Origin: a virus
Lineage: Duplodnaviria > Caudoviricetes
Virus record (IMG/VR): IMGVR_UViG_3300030106_001108
Location: 1-52,259 of that record
DNA length: 52,259 nucleotides
Reading direction: 5' to 3' (one strand)
In this document: in pieces, positions 35,042 through 45,034 of the stretch
Position numbering within the stretch: the stretch's first letter is position 1
How the letters are laid out: each line of letters begins with the position of its first letter
The notes under the pieces: generated by a model
What the model was told of the DNA's origin: nothing
The model's database searches: none
Seen by the model: the letters and a program-made list of their open reading frames with translations, nothing else
Made by a program: the position numbers and the translations under genes

Positions 35042-37269
35042 TGGCACAGAATGATATTATAGACATAGACGAAATTATTGATCAAAACATTGATTATAGT
35101 CAGCCTATACCTACGATGACACAACCTATACCTGACCCAGTTATAGATAAGGTTTACCCTAGTGGTGAAGAAACTCCAGGACAACTTTTCCCTAATGATT
35201 TTAAAAATTACATTCTTGATAAAACTAATATCAGTCCTAGTATATTAGATACTATTTTAGGCAGACCGTACAGTTTTAGAGATAGGTTTGTAAACCTCAA
35301 CCCTAAAGACGCAATAAGAGATTTGTTTAGGTTTACAACTCCTGGAAAACAACCGTTAGATAGAGATACACAACAACCTTTTGGGCTTAATTTTATGGAG
35401 TTAGTAAATCCTACTGACCCAAAAACTAAACGAGCTGAATCTTTAGGTATAGATGTAGATAAAGGTGCACCTTTTCAAGTACAAAAAGACGCTACGTATT
35501 TACCACCTGATAATTATGAAAGAGGTGTAAAAGCTTTATTAGTAGAAGCATATCCAGGTGTACCACTTGAAGCTTTTGAACTAGCTAAAGAACCAAACAC
35601 AAACAGAATAGTATATAAAGATCCTGAAACTGGTCAAAAACAGTTTGTTACTCCTCCTGGTATTGATTGGCCAGATGTTACAGCTATTATGGAACCTCTA
35701 TCATTAGAGATAGGTGCTGGTATAGGTGGGTTTATGGCAGGTAGTTCAGTTGGTCCAGCAGTTGGTGGTGTTGCAGGTGGAACAGGTGGACTCATAGGTA
35801 CGGCAGCACTCACAGACAGTGGTTTTTGGCAAGCTACAGGTGCAGCAGCAGGTGCTACTGCTGGTGCAGTATCAGCGCCAATCACTTTTACTGTTATGGG
35901 TGAGACCATGGCACATTTTATATGGAGATATAATAATTTAAGGGGTATGAAAGATAGAGGCATACTTGATGAAACCTACACTCCAGATAAAATTTTAAAA
36001 ACTGCTATAGATGACAGTAAAATGATTGCTGTGTATAGTGCTGGCGGTAACGCAGCATTCGCAGGGATAGCAAAATTTTTAGGTCGTAACCCTGCTAGTG
36101 CTTTAGGTATTGACGAAGATGAATTTTTAAACGCTTTTGAAGAAGTACAAAAAAGAATAGAAGCAGGTGGTCCAGAATCCACAGTTCTTGCTAATCTTAC
36201 TACACCTCAAGTACTAGGGTCAGTTGATGAAGGACTACCTATACGTAAAGATGCTATGCAACGTGAAATTGATGTTTCAGCAGAAAAAAATCCTGAAGTT
36301 GAACGTAGGATACTTCAACAACAAGAAGATATTGATTTAGGTTACGGGAAAGTATTTGATGATTTAGGTATAGATACAGTTGTATTTCGTGATCAAGACA
36401 TAGCTAGAGTCAAAAAAGATTTCGGTAGAGATATAGGTGGTTTTTTTGACCCTGAAAATGTTAATCCTAGGATAGGTGAAGGATTCGGGGTAGTACAAGC
36501 AGATAGATTAGCTATGTCTAAAAAAGTAAAAAATTTAACACAAGGTGCTGACCCAGAGGGTGTGTTTGATGAAATATGGACTAAGGGTAAGATAACTAGA
36601 GTTGACACATTTTTAGATATGGTGCCAGCGAATAAACAGACACAGTTTAAAAATTTAGTTTATAGAGATTTTTTAGAAAAAACTAAACCTATTAATGGAA
36701 AGTTTGATACTAACGCTGTTTCTAAATATCTAGTTGACCATGGTGATCAGCTTAAAGCTCTTTACGGGGAAGAGTTTGTTAACGGTTTAAGAACGTATAA
36801 TAAACTTATAAAAGATATTACTTTTGATGCTCCTAGAATAGGAATAGCAGATTTAGAGTGGACTAAACTTTTAAACGTTTTAGCTAGATCTTATTTAGGT
36901 ATTTTTACTAGACCTGGAAGAATGATTACTGCTGGTACAAGAACTACTGAAAGATTTAGAAGAGCTTCGTTTGAAGAAATGTTATTAAACCCTGAAGAAT
37001 TAGTCAAACGTTTAAAAACAAAACAATTTTTTGAAAGTCCTGAAGGACAAGCATTTTATACTACAGCTAGAGCCATAGCTAGAGCTTATGAACAAGCAGA
37101 TGGTGACTTAGCTGATTTAGAAAGAGGTGCAGATACAGAGTTAGAAACACAAAAACAAATGGCTGGTGATGATATACTCAGTTTATTTAATTTAGAAGAT
37201 TTAGAGATGAATAGAGGCGGTGAAGCTGAAAGACCGTTGATGGCATTAAAATACGACGTAGGTAATTGA
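35041..37269 (+). CDS. Large putative internal virion protein with a Gly/Ala hydrophobic segment
   Basis: 742 aa; GAGIGG...GAAAGA stretch; C-terminal MNRGG...LKY. Confidence 0.7.
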   Translation: MAQNDIIDIDEIIDQNIDYSQPIPTMTQPIPDPVIDKVYPSGEETPGQLFPNDFKNYILDKTNISPSILDTILGRPYSFRDRFVNLNPKDAIRDLFRFTTPGKQPLDRDTQQPFGLNFMELVNPTDPKTKRAESLGIDVDKGAPFQVQKDATYLPPDNYERGVKALLVEAYPGVPLEAFELAKEPNTNRIVYKDPETGQKQFVTPPGIDWPDVTAIMEPLSLEIGAGIGGFMAGSSVGPAVGGVAGGTGGLIGTAALTDSGFWQATGAAAGATAGAVSAPITFTVMGETMAHFIWRYNNLRGMKDRGILDETYTPDKILKTAIDDSKMIAVYSAGGNAAFAGIAKFLGRNPASALGIDEDEFLNAFEEVQKRIEAGGPESTVLANLTTPQVLGSVDEGLPIRKDAMQREIDVSAEKNPEVERRILQQQEDIDLGYGKVFDDLGIDTVVFRDQDIARVKKDFGRDIGGFFDPENVNPRIGEGFGVVQADRLAMSKKVKNLTQGADPEGVFDEIWTKGKITRVDTFLDMVPANKQTQFKNLVYRDFLEKTKPINGKFDTNAVSKYLVDHGDQLKALYGEEFVNGLRTYNKLIKDITFDAPRIGIADLEWTKLLNVLARSYLGIFTRPGRMITAGTRTTERFRRASFEEMLLNPEELVKRLKTKQFFESPEGQAFYTTARAIARAYEQADGDLADLERGADTELETQKQMAGDDILSLFNLEDLEMNRGGEAERPLMALKYDVGN

Positions 37270-37270
37270 T

Positions 37271-38527
37271 ATGAGTTTTTTAAAAAAATTAGGACAAATG
37301 TTAAGTAACAGACCTGATAGAGATGGTCCAAGTCACGGGGGCGGTAGTCCAGATATAATAAAACCGCCAGACAACAGAGTTATGGGTGACCAAGGTTTAG
37401 GTGGTTATCTTAACCCTAATCAATTAGAAATGTTTACCAACCCACCTGTACCAAATAACCAAGCTGGTCTTATGAATATGGCTAACTTATTACAGCAGCA
37501 ACAAGATACGTTTGGTGGTATGCTCACTTATCCCTCTCCCCCTAGTGATGATGGTACAGGCGGTGGTGGTACTGGTGGCGGTGGTGGCACTGGTGGTGGC
37601 ACTGGTGGTGGCACTGGTGGCGGTGGTGGCACTGGTGGCGGTGGAGGTACTGGTGGCGGTGGTGGCACTGGTGGCGGTGGAAGTAGAGATGAAAGAGATC
37701 GTCAGGAAATTATAGATGAAATTAGAAGGAGAAGAGAAGAGGAAGAAAGGAGAAGAAGAGAAGTTCCACCAGAAGATTTTAAATTTCCACCAGAGGGTAT
37801 CCCAGGCATACCTGTCGATATCCCAGGAGTACCGCCTATGACACCGCCTATGACACCGCCTATGACACCGCCTATGACACCGCCTATGACACCGCCTATG
37901 ACACCGCCTAGAAGAGATGAGCAAATATTTGTACCTCCTAAAGATATAGGTGACGTAGATATGCCGAGATTAAATATGCCTAGGTTTCAAGGTTTACGTG
38001 ATTTACCACAAAATTTTGATATACCTGTTCCTAGATTACCAACAGGTATGGAAACTTTAGTATCTCCAGATATTTTTATGAATAGAAGAAATACAGAAAG
38101 GCAAAACTTCGTGGCTGGTGGTGCACCAGCAAAAATACTCAACGCTATAGCAAGAGCAGGTAAAGGAGTAAAGAAAAAACTTGGCGAAGCAGACAGAAAA
38201 TTTGAAGAAGCAAGACAGAGAAGCGGAATTTTTCCTGGCACATCAGACCCAGTCAATAATCCATTTACATATTTAGATGCTAAGATAATGGGGGGTCTTA
38301 TGACACCGCCTGTTGTATTAGCAGGTATAAATGAAAAACGAAAAAGAGATGATTTAAGTTTGGCTAACTCTTATGGTCAAAAAGCTGCAGCAGAAGGCAA
38401 AACTTTAGAAGAGGCTATTAGACAATATACTGAAGATGCAAAAGTTCAAGGTCTCCCTACAGTTCAATATTATTTAATGGAAATAGAAAACGGTTACAAT
38501 CAAGCAATGCAAAATACTTCACGTTAA
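37271..38527 (+). CDS. Low-complexity protein with Gly-rich and PPMT repeats
   Basis: 418 aa; last gene of the plus-strand operon; converges on the helicase. Confidence 0.75.
   Translation: MSFLKKLGQMLSNRPDRDGPSHGGGSPDIIKPPDNRVMGDQGLGGYLNPNQLEMFTNPPVPNNQAGLMNMANLLQQQQDTFGGMLTYPSPPSDDGTGGGGTGGGGGTGGGTGGGTGGGGGTGGGGGTGGGGGTGGGGSRDERDRQEIIDEIRRRREEEERRRREVPPEDFKFPPEGIPGIPVDIPGVPPMTPPMTPPMTPPMTPPMTPPMTPPRRDEQIFVPPKDIGDVDMPRLNMPRFQGLRDLPQNFDIPVPRLPTGMETLVSPDIFMNRRNTERQNFVAGGAPAKILNAIARAGKGVKKKLGEADRKFEEARQRSGIFPGTSDPVNNPFTYLDAKIMGGLMTPPVVLAGINEKRKRDDLSLANSYGQKAAAEGKTLEEAIRQYTEDAKVQGLPTVQYYLMEIENGYNQAMQNTSR
37552..37681 (+). repeat. GGN/ACT tandem repeats encoding (G3-5T)n
   Basis: Read directly from the sequence. 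Confidence 0.9.
37831..37910 (+). repeat. Perfect 12-bp tandem repeat ACCGCCTATGAC, 6 full copies plus 8 bp
   Basis: Read directly; encodes (PPMT)n. Confidence 0.95.
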
Positions 38528-39964
38528 CCAGTCTTTTAATTTATCTTCACCTAATATAGTACTAGCTATTGATTGTTTTTTACGTAAAGCTTTAACTATT
38601 TTTTCATCAACAGTACGTTCACACACTATATCAATATATGTTACCTTGTTAGTTTGACCTATACGGTGGGCACGGTCTTCTGATTGTAAACGTTTTTCTA
38701 AATCATAGTTATTACTAAAGTAAATAACAGTTTTAGCAGCAGTCAAAGTTATGCCGTAACCACCAGTTTGAGTATTACCTACAAAAAATCTCATAGGACT
38801 GTCTGGGTTTTGAAACTCATTTATAACATACTCTCTACGTTCTTGTGGCACATCACCATAGTATGTACCTACAGAATTTTCACCATAGATATCTATTAAT
38901 AGTTTTTCTATCCTTTTTATATCGTGACGGTAATTAGCCCAAATGATCACTTTACCGTCAGTTTCTTCTAAAATAGAGGACAATTCTGAGACTCTATTAT
39001 TAGGTAACTCGGTAATACTACCGTCATCCGTCCCTATGAATCCGCATGAAATTTGATGTAAACGTATTATTTGAGTCATTATGTGATTTATGGTCACTAA
39101 CTTTTTATTAGCTAATTGAGTAGCAGCAAATTTTTGTAATTCTCTATACGCTTTAGTTTGTTCAGGTGTCATCTCTATTTCTCTACGTATATAAATTTTT
39201 TCTGGTAAATCTAAACAGTCTTTTTTCAAAACCCTGTGGCTAAACTTACCTAAAGTTTCATTTAACTCATCTAAATTTTTGTAACCTGTAACAAATTTAA
39301 AAGTTCTGCCTTGACCAGTCATTTCTTTCATGTCTGCATATCTAGCACGGAATGCGTAATAACTGCTAAACCCTAATAAAGCTGGATCTAAAAACATGCA
39401 CTGACTATACAAATCAAGTGGACTTTTAGTTATAGGTGACCCAGTTAAAATTCTTCTATAATGTGCATACTTACCTAAACGCACACAACTCTGTGTTCTT
39501 TTAGCTGATGGATTTTTTATAGTAGTACTTTCATCTATGATAAACATAGTTCGGTTAGCCTGTATAAATTTATTTGCATATTGACAACCTTTTTTAGTGC
39601 TAAAAGCTTCTATATTCATAACTAGTATTTTTAATTTTTTATCATATTGAAATAAATTTTCTAATTGTTTTAGAAACTTTTTAGTATGGCTACTGCTCCA
39701 TTTTACAACTTCATATTCTACTTCGTCTGGTATGTGTGCTAGTAGTTCTTTATTTACCCATGTACTATATACACCTTTAGGTGCAACAATCAAAACGTTG
39801 TTTAATTTATTGTTATTATATAAATAAACAAAATTATCAATAACTACTTTTGATTTACCACAACCCATCTCCATAAACAAAGCGTATTGATTTCTATCAC
39901 AAGATTCGTTAAGTGCTTCTAGTTGATGGTCGTAGGGTTTAGTTTTGAATTTATACTTATCCAT
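38519..39964 (-). CDS. SNF2-family (SF2) helicase
   Basis: MEMGCGKS, IIDESTTIKN, LTGSP, QSEDRAHRIGQ. Confidence 0.93.
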   Translation of the reverse strand: MDKYKFKTKPYDHQLEALNESCDRNQYALFMEMGCGKSKVVIDNFVYLYNNNKLNNVLIVAPKGVYSTWVNKELLAHIPDEVEYEVVKWSSSHTKKFLKQLENLFQYDKKLKILVMNIEAFSTKKGCQYANKFIQANRTMFIIDESTTIKNPSAKRTQSCVRLGKYAHYRRILTGSPITKSPLDLYSQCMFLDPALLGFSSYYAFRARYADMKEMTGQGRTFKFVTGYKNLDELNETLGKFSHRVLKKDCLDLPEKIYIRREIEMTPEQTKAYRELQKFAATQLANKKLVTINHIMTQIIRLHQISCGFIGTDDGSITELPNNRVSELSSILEETDGKVIIWANYRHDIKRIEKLLIDIYGENSVGTYYGDVPQERREYVINEFQNPDSPMRFFVGNTQTGGYGITLTAAKTVIYFSNNYDLEKRLQSEDRAHRIGQTNKVTYIDIVCERTVDEKIVKALRKKQSIASTILGEDKLKDWLT

Positions 39965-40147
39965 ATCTCGTCTCTTATATAGTTATATAATAAACTAGGT
40001 CATAAAAAATAAAAAGGATATTGCATGTTTTAGCTTAATAGCCTACTAATAGCTTTTGCTAATAGCCCTTAAACCCTCTATTCTACGATGTTTTTTACCA
40101 CCCCTATTACTGATATTACCTTTTTTTAATATTTTTATTGATTATGC

Positions 40148-40175
40148 TTTACTTATTTTATTTTCCCTTTATAGT
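40148..40175 (+). promoter_or_regulatory. Candidate promoter TTTACT-16-TATAGT for the replication operon
   Basis: Same hexamers as 1219-1247. Confidence 0.5.
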
Positions 40176-40211
40176 AATAGGTAATTAAATTTAGCCGTTT
40201 AATTAATACCC

Positions 40212-40310
40212 AAAACCGTATTCGTCATAGGTACGGTTTTTACTAAAACAGGGCAATGTAATTATGCACCCCCTGTTTTTAAGTGGGGGGTAATAACCAT
40301 ACCCCTCACT
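40212..40310. other. Three consecutive inverted repeats
   Basis: AAAACCGTA/TACGGTTTT, AAAACAGGG/CCCTGTTTT, AGTGGGGGGTA/TACCCCTCACT. Confidence 0.75.
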
Positions 40311-40332
40311 ATTTTAAGATAAGAGAGACAAG

Positions 40333-40644
40333 ATGAGTGTGTATGTAGTAGAAAAGCCAAGCGACAATAAAAACATTTCTTCGGCTTTAGATTATGGTAA
40401 GTTTGAATTTATATTAGACAGTCGTTCTAATATGATTTACAGTCCTGTACCTACCGTCAATAGAATACGTTACAAATTACAAAACTTTAACGACAATGAT
40501 TACCTATTATTAATTGGTGATCCTGTTGCTATTGGCGTTTGTATGCATCATGCTTTACTTTCTAATAGAGGTAGGGCTAAATTATTAAAGTGGGATAACC
40601 GTGATTATAAATATAATATCGTAGAGGTAGATATAAATGTTTGA
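40333..40644 (+). CDS. Hypothetical protein
   Basis: A..YG, DYLLLIGDP, LKWD motifs; first gene of the operon. Confidence 0.8.
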   Translation: MSVYVVEKPSDNKNISSALDYGKFEFILDSRSNMIYSPVPTVNRIRYKLQNFNDNDYLLLIGDPVAIGVCMHHALLSNRGRAKLLKWDNRDYKYNIVEVDINV

Positions 40645-41170
40645 TGATATAAATAAAGAGGTTAGTGAGGTCTCTCTAAAAACGCTCACCGATAAAGCAA
40701 ATAAAATGGTAGAGCTTGAAGAATTAGTAGAAGAAAAACAAGCTAGTCTAAAAGCTACACAAAAAGAATTAAAAACTTTAAGTGAAGAAGAAATACCTGC
40801 TTTACTAAGTGAAGTAGGATTAAGTGAAATAACTTTAACTAATGGTCATAAGATAAGCACTAAAGCTTATTATTATGGACGTATAACTGAACATAACCAA
40901 CAAGAAGCATTTGAGTGGTTACAAAACAATGGTCATGGAGATATTATAAAAAATGTAGTATCTGTAAATTTTGGCAGGGACGAAGACGTTAATGCCGAAC
41001 AGCTCTTAGAAACCCTTAAAGATAGTGGGTACTCTACCAGCGGTAAAAAGTGGGTAGAGCCTATGACTCTTAAAGCGTTTATAAGGGAACAAGTTGAAAG
41101 TGGTAATGACCTCCCACTTGAAACTTTTAATGTTTACGTAGGTCAAAAAACAAGGATAAATAAAAAATGA
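40637..41170 (+). CDS. Conserved replication-region protein
   Basis: Coiled coil, AFEWL..NGHGDIIK, PMTLKAFIRE. Confidence 0.75.
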   Translation: MFDDINKEVSEVSLKTLTDKANKMVELEELVEEKQASLKATQKELKTLSEEEIPALLSEVGLSEITLTNGHKISTKAYYYGRITEHNQQEAFEWLQNNGHGDIIKNVVSVNFGRDEDVNAEQLLETLKDSGYSTSGKKWVEPMTLKAFIREQVESGNDLPLETFNVYVGQKTRINKK

Positions 41171-41934
41171 AAAATGAAATAAGTGAAAAGAAAAATACTG
41201 ATATAGCCGTACCGTCAGAGTTTTACGATGACGCAGGTAGTGGGCTTGAAAATATTGGTGCTGAAGACGTTACTATACCACGTTTAAAAATCTTACAGGC
41301 TATGAGCCCAGAGGTTAATAAACATGACGGTAAGTATGTTGACGGTGCTAGTACAGGCGACATTATCAATACGGTAACAAGTACACTTTATAACGAAAGT
41401 AACCCACTAATAGTATTACCTGTGGCGTATAAACGTTTGTTTTTAGAGTGGACACCTAGAGAGTCTGGGGGAGGGCTAGTAGCTCAACACGATGACCCTG
41501 CTGTTTTAGAAAAAACTACTAAAAATGAGCAGTATCAAGACGTTCTAGAAAACGGTAACTATATCCAAACTTCAGCTACACATTTTGTATTAGTTATTAA
41601 TGCAGACGGTAGCTATGACACAGCTATGATATCTATGGCGGGTACACAACTTAAAAGGTCTCGTACATGGAACTCAATGATGGCTAGTGTAAAGATGAAG
41701 TCTGGCGATAAAGTATTTACACCACCTACTTTTAGCCATAAGTATGGTTTAAATTGTGTACAAGAGTCTAACGACCGTGGTACATGGTTTGGTTGGGGTA
41801 TTACTGCTAAAGGTCAGGTTACTGGAGATGAGATGACTTACTATGAAGCTGCAAAAACTTTTGCTGAACAAGTAGGGGGAATAAATTTATCTCAAACTAG
41901 TGCTAACGCTGAGACGGGCGAAGCACCGTTTTAA
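41167..41934 (+). CDS. Putative single-stranded DNA-binding protein
   Basis: IPRLKILQ..SPEV; C-terminal acidic-PF tail (EAPF); followed by a terminator; precedes the primase. Confidence 0.6.
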   Translation: MKNEISEKKNTDIAVPSEFYDDAGSGLENIGAEDVTIPRLKILQAMSPEVNKHDGKYVDGASTGDIINTVTSTLYNESNPLIVLPVAYKRLFLEWTPRESGGGLVAQHDDPAVLEKTTKNEQYQDVLENGNYIQTSATHFVLVINADGSYDTAMISMAGTQLKRSRTWNSMMASVKMKSGDKVFTPPTFSHKYGLNCVQESNDRGTWFGWGITAKGQVTGDEMTYYEAAKTFAEQVGGINLSQTSANAETGEAPF

Positions 41935-41941
41935 TTAACGT

Positions 41942-41969
41942 GGGGGAGTAATATCCCCCTTTTATTTTT
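41942..41969 (+). terminator. Intrinsic terminator
   Basis: GGGGGA-GTAATA-TCCCCC followed by a T-rich tract. Confidence 0.8.
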
Positions 41970-41978
41970 GGAGAGTGT

Positions 41979-43484
41979 GTGGAGTTACACAAGAGTTTTT
42001 ACGACATTTTTGAGGGATCACGTAGAGCTCACGGTGTATTCAATATAGATCAAAACGGCACAGGATTAAAACAACAAGGCGTAGCTAAAACAATTAAAAC
42101 CGCTGGTCCAACTTCAGAAAATTGGAGGGCACATCTAGACGGTAAAGCTGGGCTAGGCATAATTCCTATCAATGAAGATAACCAAGTACGTTGGGGGGCT
42201 ATAGATATAGATACCTATTCCCTCGACATACCAGAACTAGTATTAAAAATACAATCATTTAATCTACCTTTAGTAGTATGTAGGTCAAAAAGTGGCGGTG
42301 CCCATGTATTTTGTTTTGTAAAAGAATTTATACCTGCTGGAGATATGCAAGATAAACTAAGAGAATTAGCAGCAGGATTGGGCTATGGCGGAGTAGAAAT
42401 ATTTCCTAAGCAAAGAGAAGTTTTAGTTGATAGAGGAGATATAGGAAGCTGGTTAAACATGCCATATTTTGAGGGTGAAAATTCTGTAAGGTATGGGTAT
42501 AACCCTAAAGGTGTAGCATTAAGTCCAGAAGAGTTTGTAGCTTATGTACGTAGTCAAACTATAACTCATCAAGAAGTATTAGATTTAAAAGTACCTGAGA
42601 TAGATGATATAGAGGGTGGACCACCGTGTTTAAAAATATTATTAAAGCAAGGATTCCCCGAGGGTACACGAAACAATGGCTTGTTTAACGTAGGTGTTTA
42701 TTTAAAACAAGCTACACCCGATAAATGGGAAAATCAAATAGAAGAATATAACCGTAAATATGTAAGTCCGCCTTTACCAGCACAAGAAGTATTAACTTTA
42801 ATAAGTACGTTAAAGAAAAAAGAATACAATTATAAATGCAGTGATGAACCTATACGTTCCTACTGCGATGTACAAAAGTGCAGAACGTGTAAGTTTGGTG
42901 TAGGTAAAGGCAATACAGCACCAACTTTTTCTAGTTTATCTAAGCTTGATTCTAAACCACCGCTGTGGTTTTTATCTATAGACGATAAACGTTTAGAGCT
43001 AACTACAGAAGAATTACAAAATCAAACTAAATTTCAAAGGGTGTGTATGGAAACGTTAAACCTTATGCCTCCTAAAACTAATGAACGTGCATGGCAAGCA
43101 CAGATACAATCTCTTATGGATAACGGTATGGAAATTATAGAAGTAACTTCTGACGTATCAACACATGGTCAGTTTTTAGAATTACTAGAATCATTTACTA
43201 CCGACTTAGCACAAGCTAGTACACGAGAAGAAGTATTACTAGGTAAACCTTATAGTGAGGGTGGTTTTACGTATTTTAGAATAAAAGATTTTAGAGAGTT
43301 TTTAGTTAAACATAAATTCACAGAGTTAGAAACTAATAAAATAGCTAGTAAGTTAAGGGATATGAAAGCACAAACTAAGTTTTGGAATTTAAAAGGTAGA
43401 GGAACTAACGTTTGGTTTATAAAAGAATTTGAGTATAAAGATAATACTTTAGAGGGGCATAACTTTGAGGACGATTTACTATGA
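41979..43484 (+). CDS. AEP-superfamily primase with a PriCT-like domain
   Basis: AIDID, RSKSGGAH, LNMPY, PPC...EGTRNNGLF, Cys cluster; GTG start. Confidence 0.85.
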   Translation: MELHKSFYDIFEGSRRAHGVFNIDQNGTGLKQQGVAKTIKTAGPTSENWRAHLDGKAGLGIIPINEDNQVRWGAIDIDTYSLDIPELVLKIQSFNLPLVVCRSKSGGAHVFCFVKEFIPAGDMQDKLRELAAGLGYGGVEIFPKQREVLVDRGDIGSWLNMPYFEGENSVRYGYNPKGVALSPEEFVAYVRSQTITHQEVLDLKVPEIDDIEGGPPCLKILLKQGFPEGTRNNGLFNVGVYLKQATPDKWENQIEEYNRKYVSPPLPAQEVLTLISTLKKKEYNYKCSDEPIRSYCDVQKCRTCKFGVGKGNTAPTFSSLSKLDSKPPLWFLSIDDKRLELTTEELQNQTKFQRVCMETLNLMPPKTNERAWQAQIQSLMDNGMEIIEVTSDVSTHGQFLELLESFTTDLAQASTREEVLLGKPYSEGGFTYFRIKDFREFLVKHKFTELETNKIASKLRDMKAQTKFWNLKGRGTNVWFIKEFEYKDNTLEGHNFEDDLL

Positions 43485-44983
43485 AAGAGTGGAATATTGT
43501 TCTTGGACCTCCAGGCACAGGTAAAACTACATATTTATTAAATACCGTAGAGAATTTATTTGATAAGGGTATAGCCCCGTATGAGTTAGCATACGTTGCT
43601 TTTACTAAAAAAGCTGCAACAGAAGCTCTATCAAGAGCCATAGTTAAGTTTGACTATGCTGAAGACTCATACACATATTTTAGAACTATACACTCGCTGT
43701 GTTATTTTTGGCAGGGTTTAACTAAAACAGATATTCTTGACCGTAAAGATTTACGCACGTTTAGTAAGTTGATAGGAGAAAAAATAAGTAGTGCATGGGA
43801 CGGTGAAAATTTAATGGCGTTAAACTCAAAAGGTGATAACATGTTATTTTTAGAAAACATGGCACGTAATACCTGTTCTGATTATAAAAGGACATGGATG
43901 TTATCTAACTCTGATATAAGTTGGATGCATTTTGATTGGTTTGTACAAAGTTATAACAATTTTAAAGAGAGTAATTTCTTATTAGATTATACAGATATGC
44001 TTTCTGGTTTTTTAAATATGGACACTAGCCCTATGTTAAAAGCTTTGATAGTAGATGAAGCTCAAGACTTATCAGCTTTACAATGGAAGTGTGTACATAA
44101 GTTAGCTAAAGAAACTGAGCATGTTTACATAGCAGGTGATGATGACCAAGCTATTTATAAATGGGCAGGTGCAGATACAGAGCATTTTATAAATTTACAT
44201 GGTAAAGAAATATACCTTGATCAATCTTATAGAGTACCTAGAAAAATACATGACGTAGCTTTGAACATAGTTAGTAGAATAAAACGCAGAAGAGATAAAA
44301 CTTGGATACCTAAAAAAGAAGAGGGTACAGTTACTTATCACAAAAGTTTTGAACACATAGACATATCAAAAGGTGAGTGGTTGATACTAGCTAGGAACAA
44401 TTACCTACTAGGTAAAGTAGAAGAGCACGTAAAAAATTCTGGATATTTCTATACTAAAAGTGGTAAGCCTAGTGTTACAGATAATTTAATACAGGCTATT
44501 AAAGATTGGGAAAGTTTACGTAAGGGTAAAAGTTTAGAGGGATATAAAATTAAAAAGATTTACGGTTATATGAAGGCAGGCAGAGGTGTGAAAGTAGGAT
44601 ATAAAACTATGAAAAAAGCTGACCCTGAAGCTTTCTACTCAATCAATGATCTTAAAAAAGATTATGGTTTGATGGTAGATGGTATATGGCACAAGTGTTT
44701 TGATTTATTAGGCAATATCAATACTCAATATATAATCAATGGTTTAAAGAAAGGTGAAAAAGTAAATGCTTCAAGAATTAAAATGAATACCATACACGCT
44801 ACTAAGGGCGGTGAATGTGATAACGTTATACTTTTAACCGACGTAGCTACTAAAACGTATGACGAGCTTATACGTAGCCCTGACAATGAGTGTAGGGCTT
44901 TTTATGTAGGCGTAACTAGAGCTAAGCAAAACCTACACATAGTACAAGGGAGAACTAGGAAAGAATTTAAAATTATGATTTAA
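43481..44983 (+). CDS. UvrD/Rep-like SF1 helicase
   Basis: GPPGTGKT, FTKKAA, DEAQD, GDDDQAIY, QSYR, TIHATKGGE, YVGVTRAK. Confidence 0.95.
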   Translation: MKEWNIVLGPPGTGKTTYLLNTVENLFDKGIAPYELAYVAFTKKAATEALSRAIVKFDYAEDSYTYFRTIHSLCYFWQGLTKTDILDRKDLRTFSKLIGEKISSAWDGENLMALNSKGDNMLFLENMARNTCSDYKRTWMLSNSDISWMHFDWFVQSYNNFKESNFLLDYTDMLSGFLNMDTSPMLKALIVDEAQDLSALQWKCVHKLAKETEHVYIAGDDDQAIYKWAGADTEHFINLHGKEIYLDQSYRVPRKIHDVALNIVSRIKRRRDKTWIPKKEEGTVTYHKSFEHIDISKGEWLILARNNYLLGKVEEHVKNSGYFYTKSGKPSVTDNLIQAIKDWESLRKGKSLEGYKIKKIYGYMKAGRGVKVGYKTMKKADPEAFYSINDLKKDYGLMVDGIWHKCFDLLGNINTQYIINGLKKGEKVNASRIKMNTIHATKGGECDNVILLTDVATKTYDELIRSPDNECRAFYVGVTRAKQNLHIVQGRTRKEFKIMI

Positions 44984-45014
44984 CTTTACTTTTTATACTG
45001 AAGTAAAGTAAAAT
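44983..45014 (+). promoter_or_regulatory. Promoter/operator: inverted ACTTTACTT-N9-AAGTAAAGT; TTTACT-18-TAAAAT
   Basis: Read directly in the short intergenic gap. Confidence 0.55.
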
Positions 45015-45034
45015 TATACATAGGATAAGTTAGT

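Noticed and set aside
40212-40310. tRNA gene
   Set aside because: No enclosing acceptor stem, T-loop GTTC motif or CCA end. No tRNA was recognised anywhere in the window by eye.
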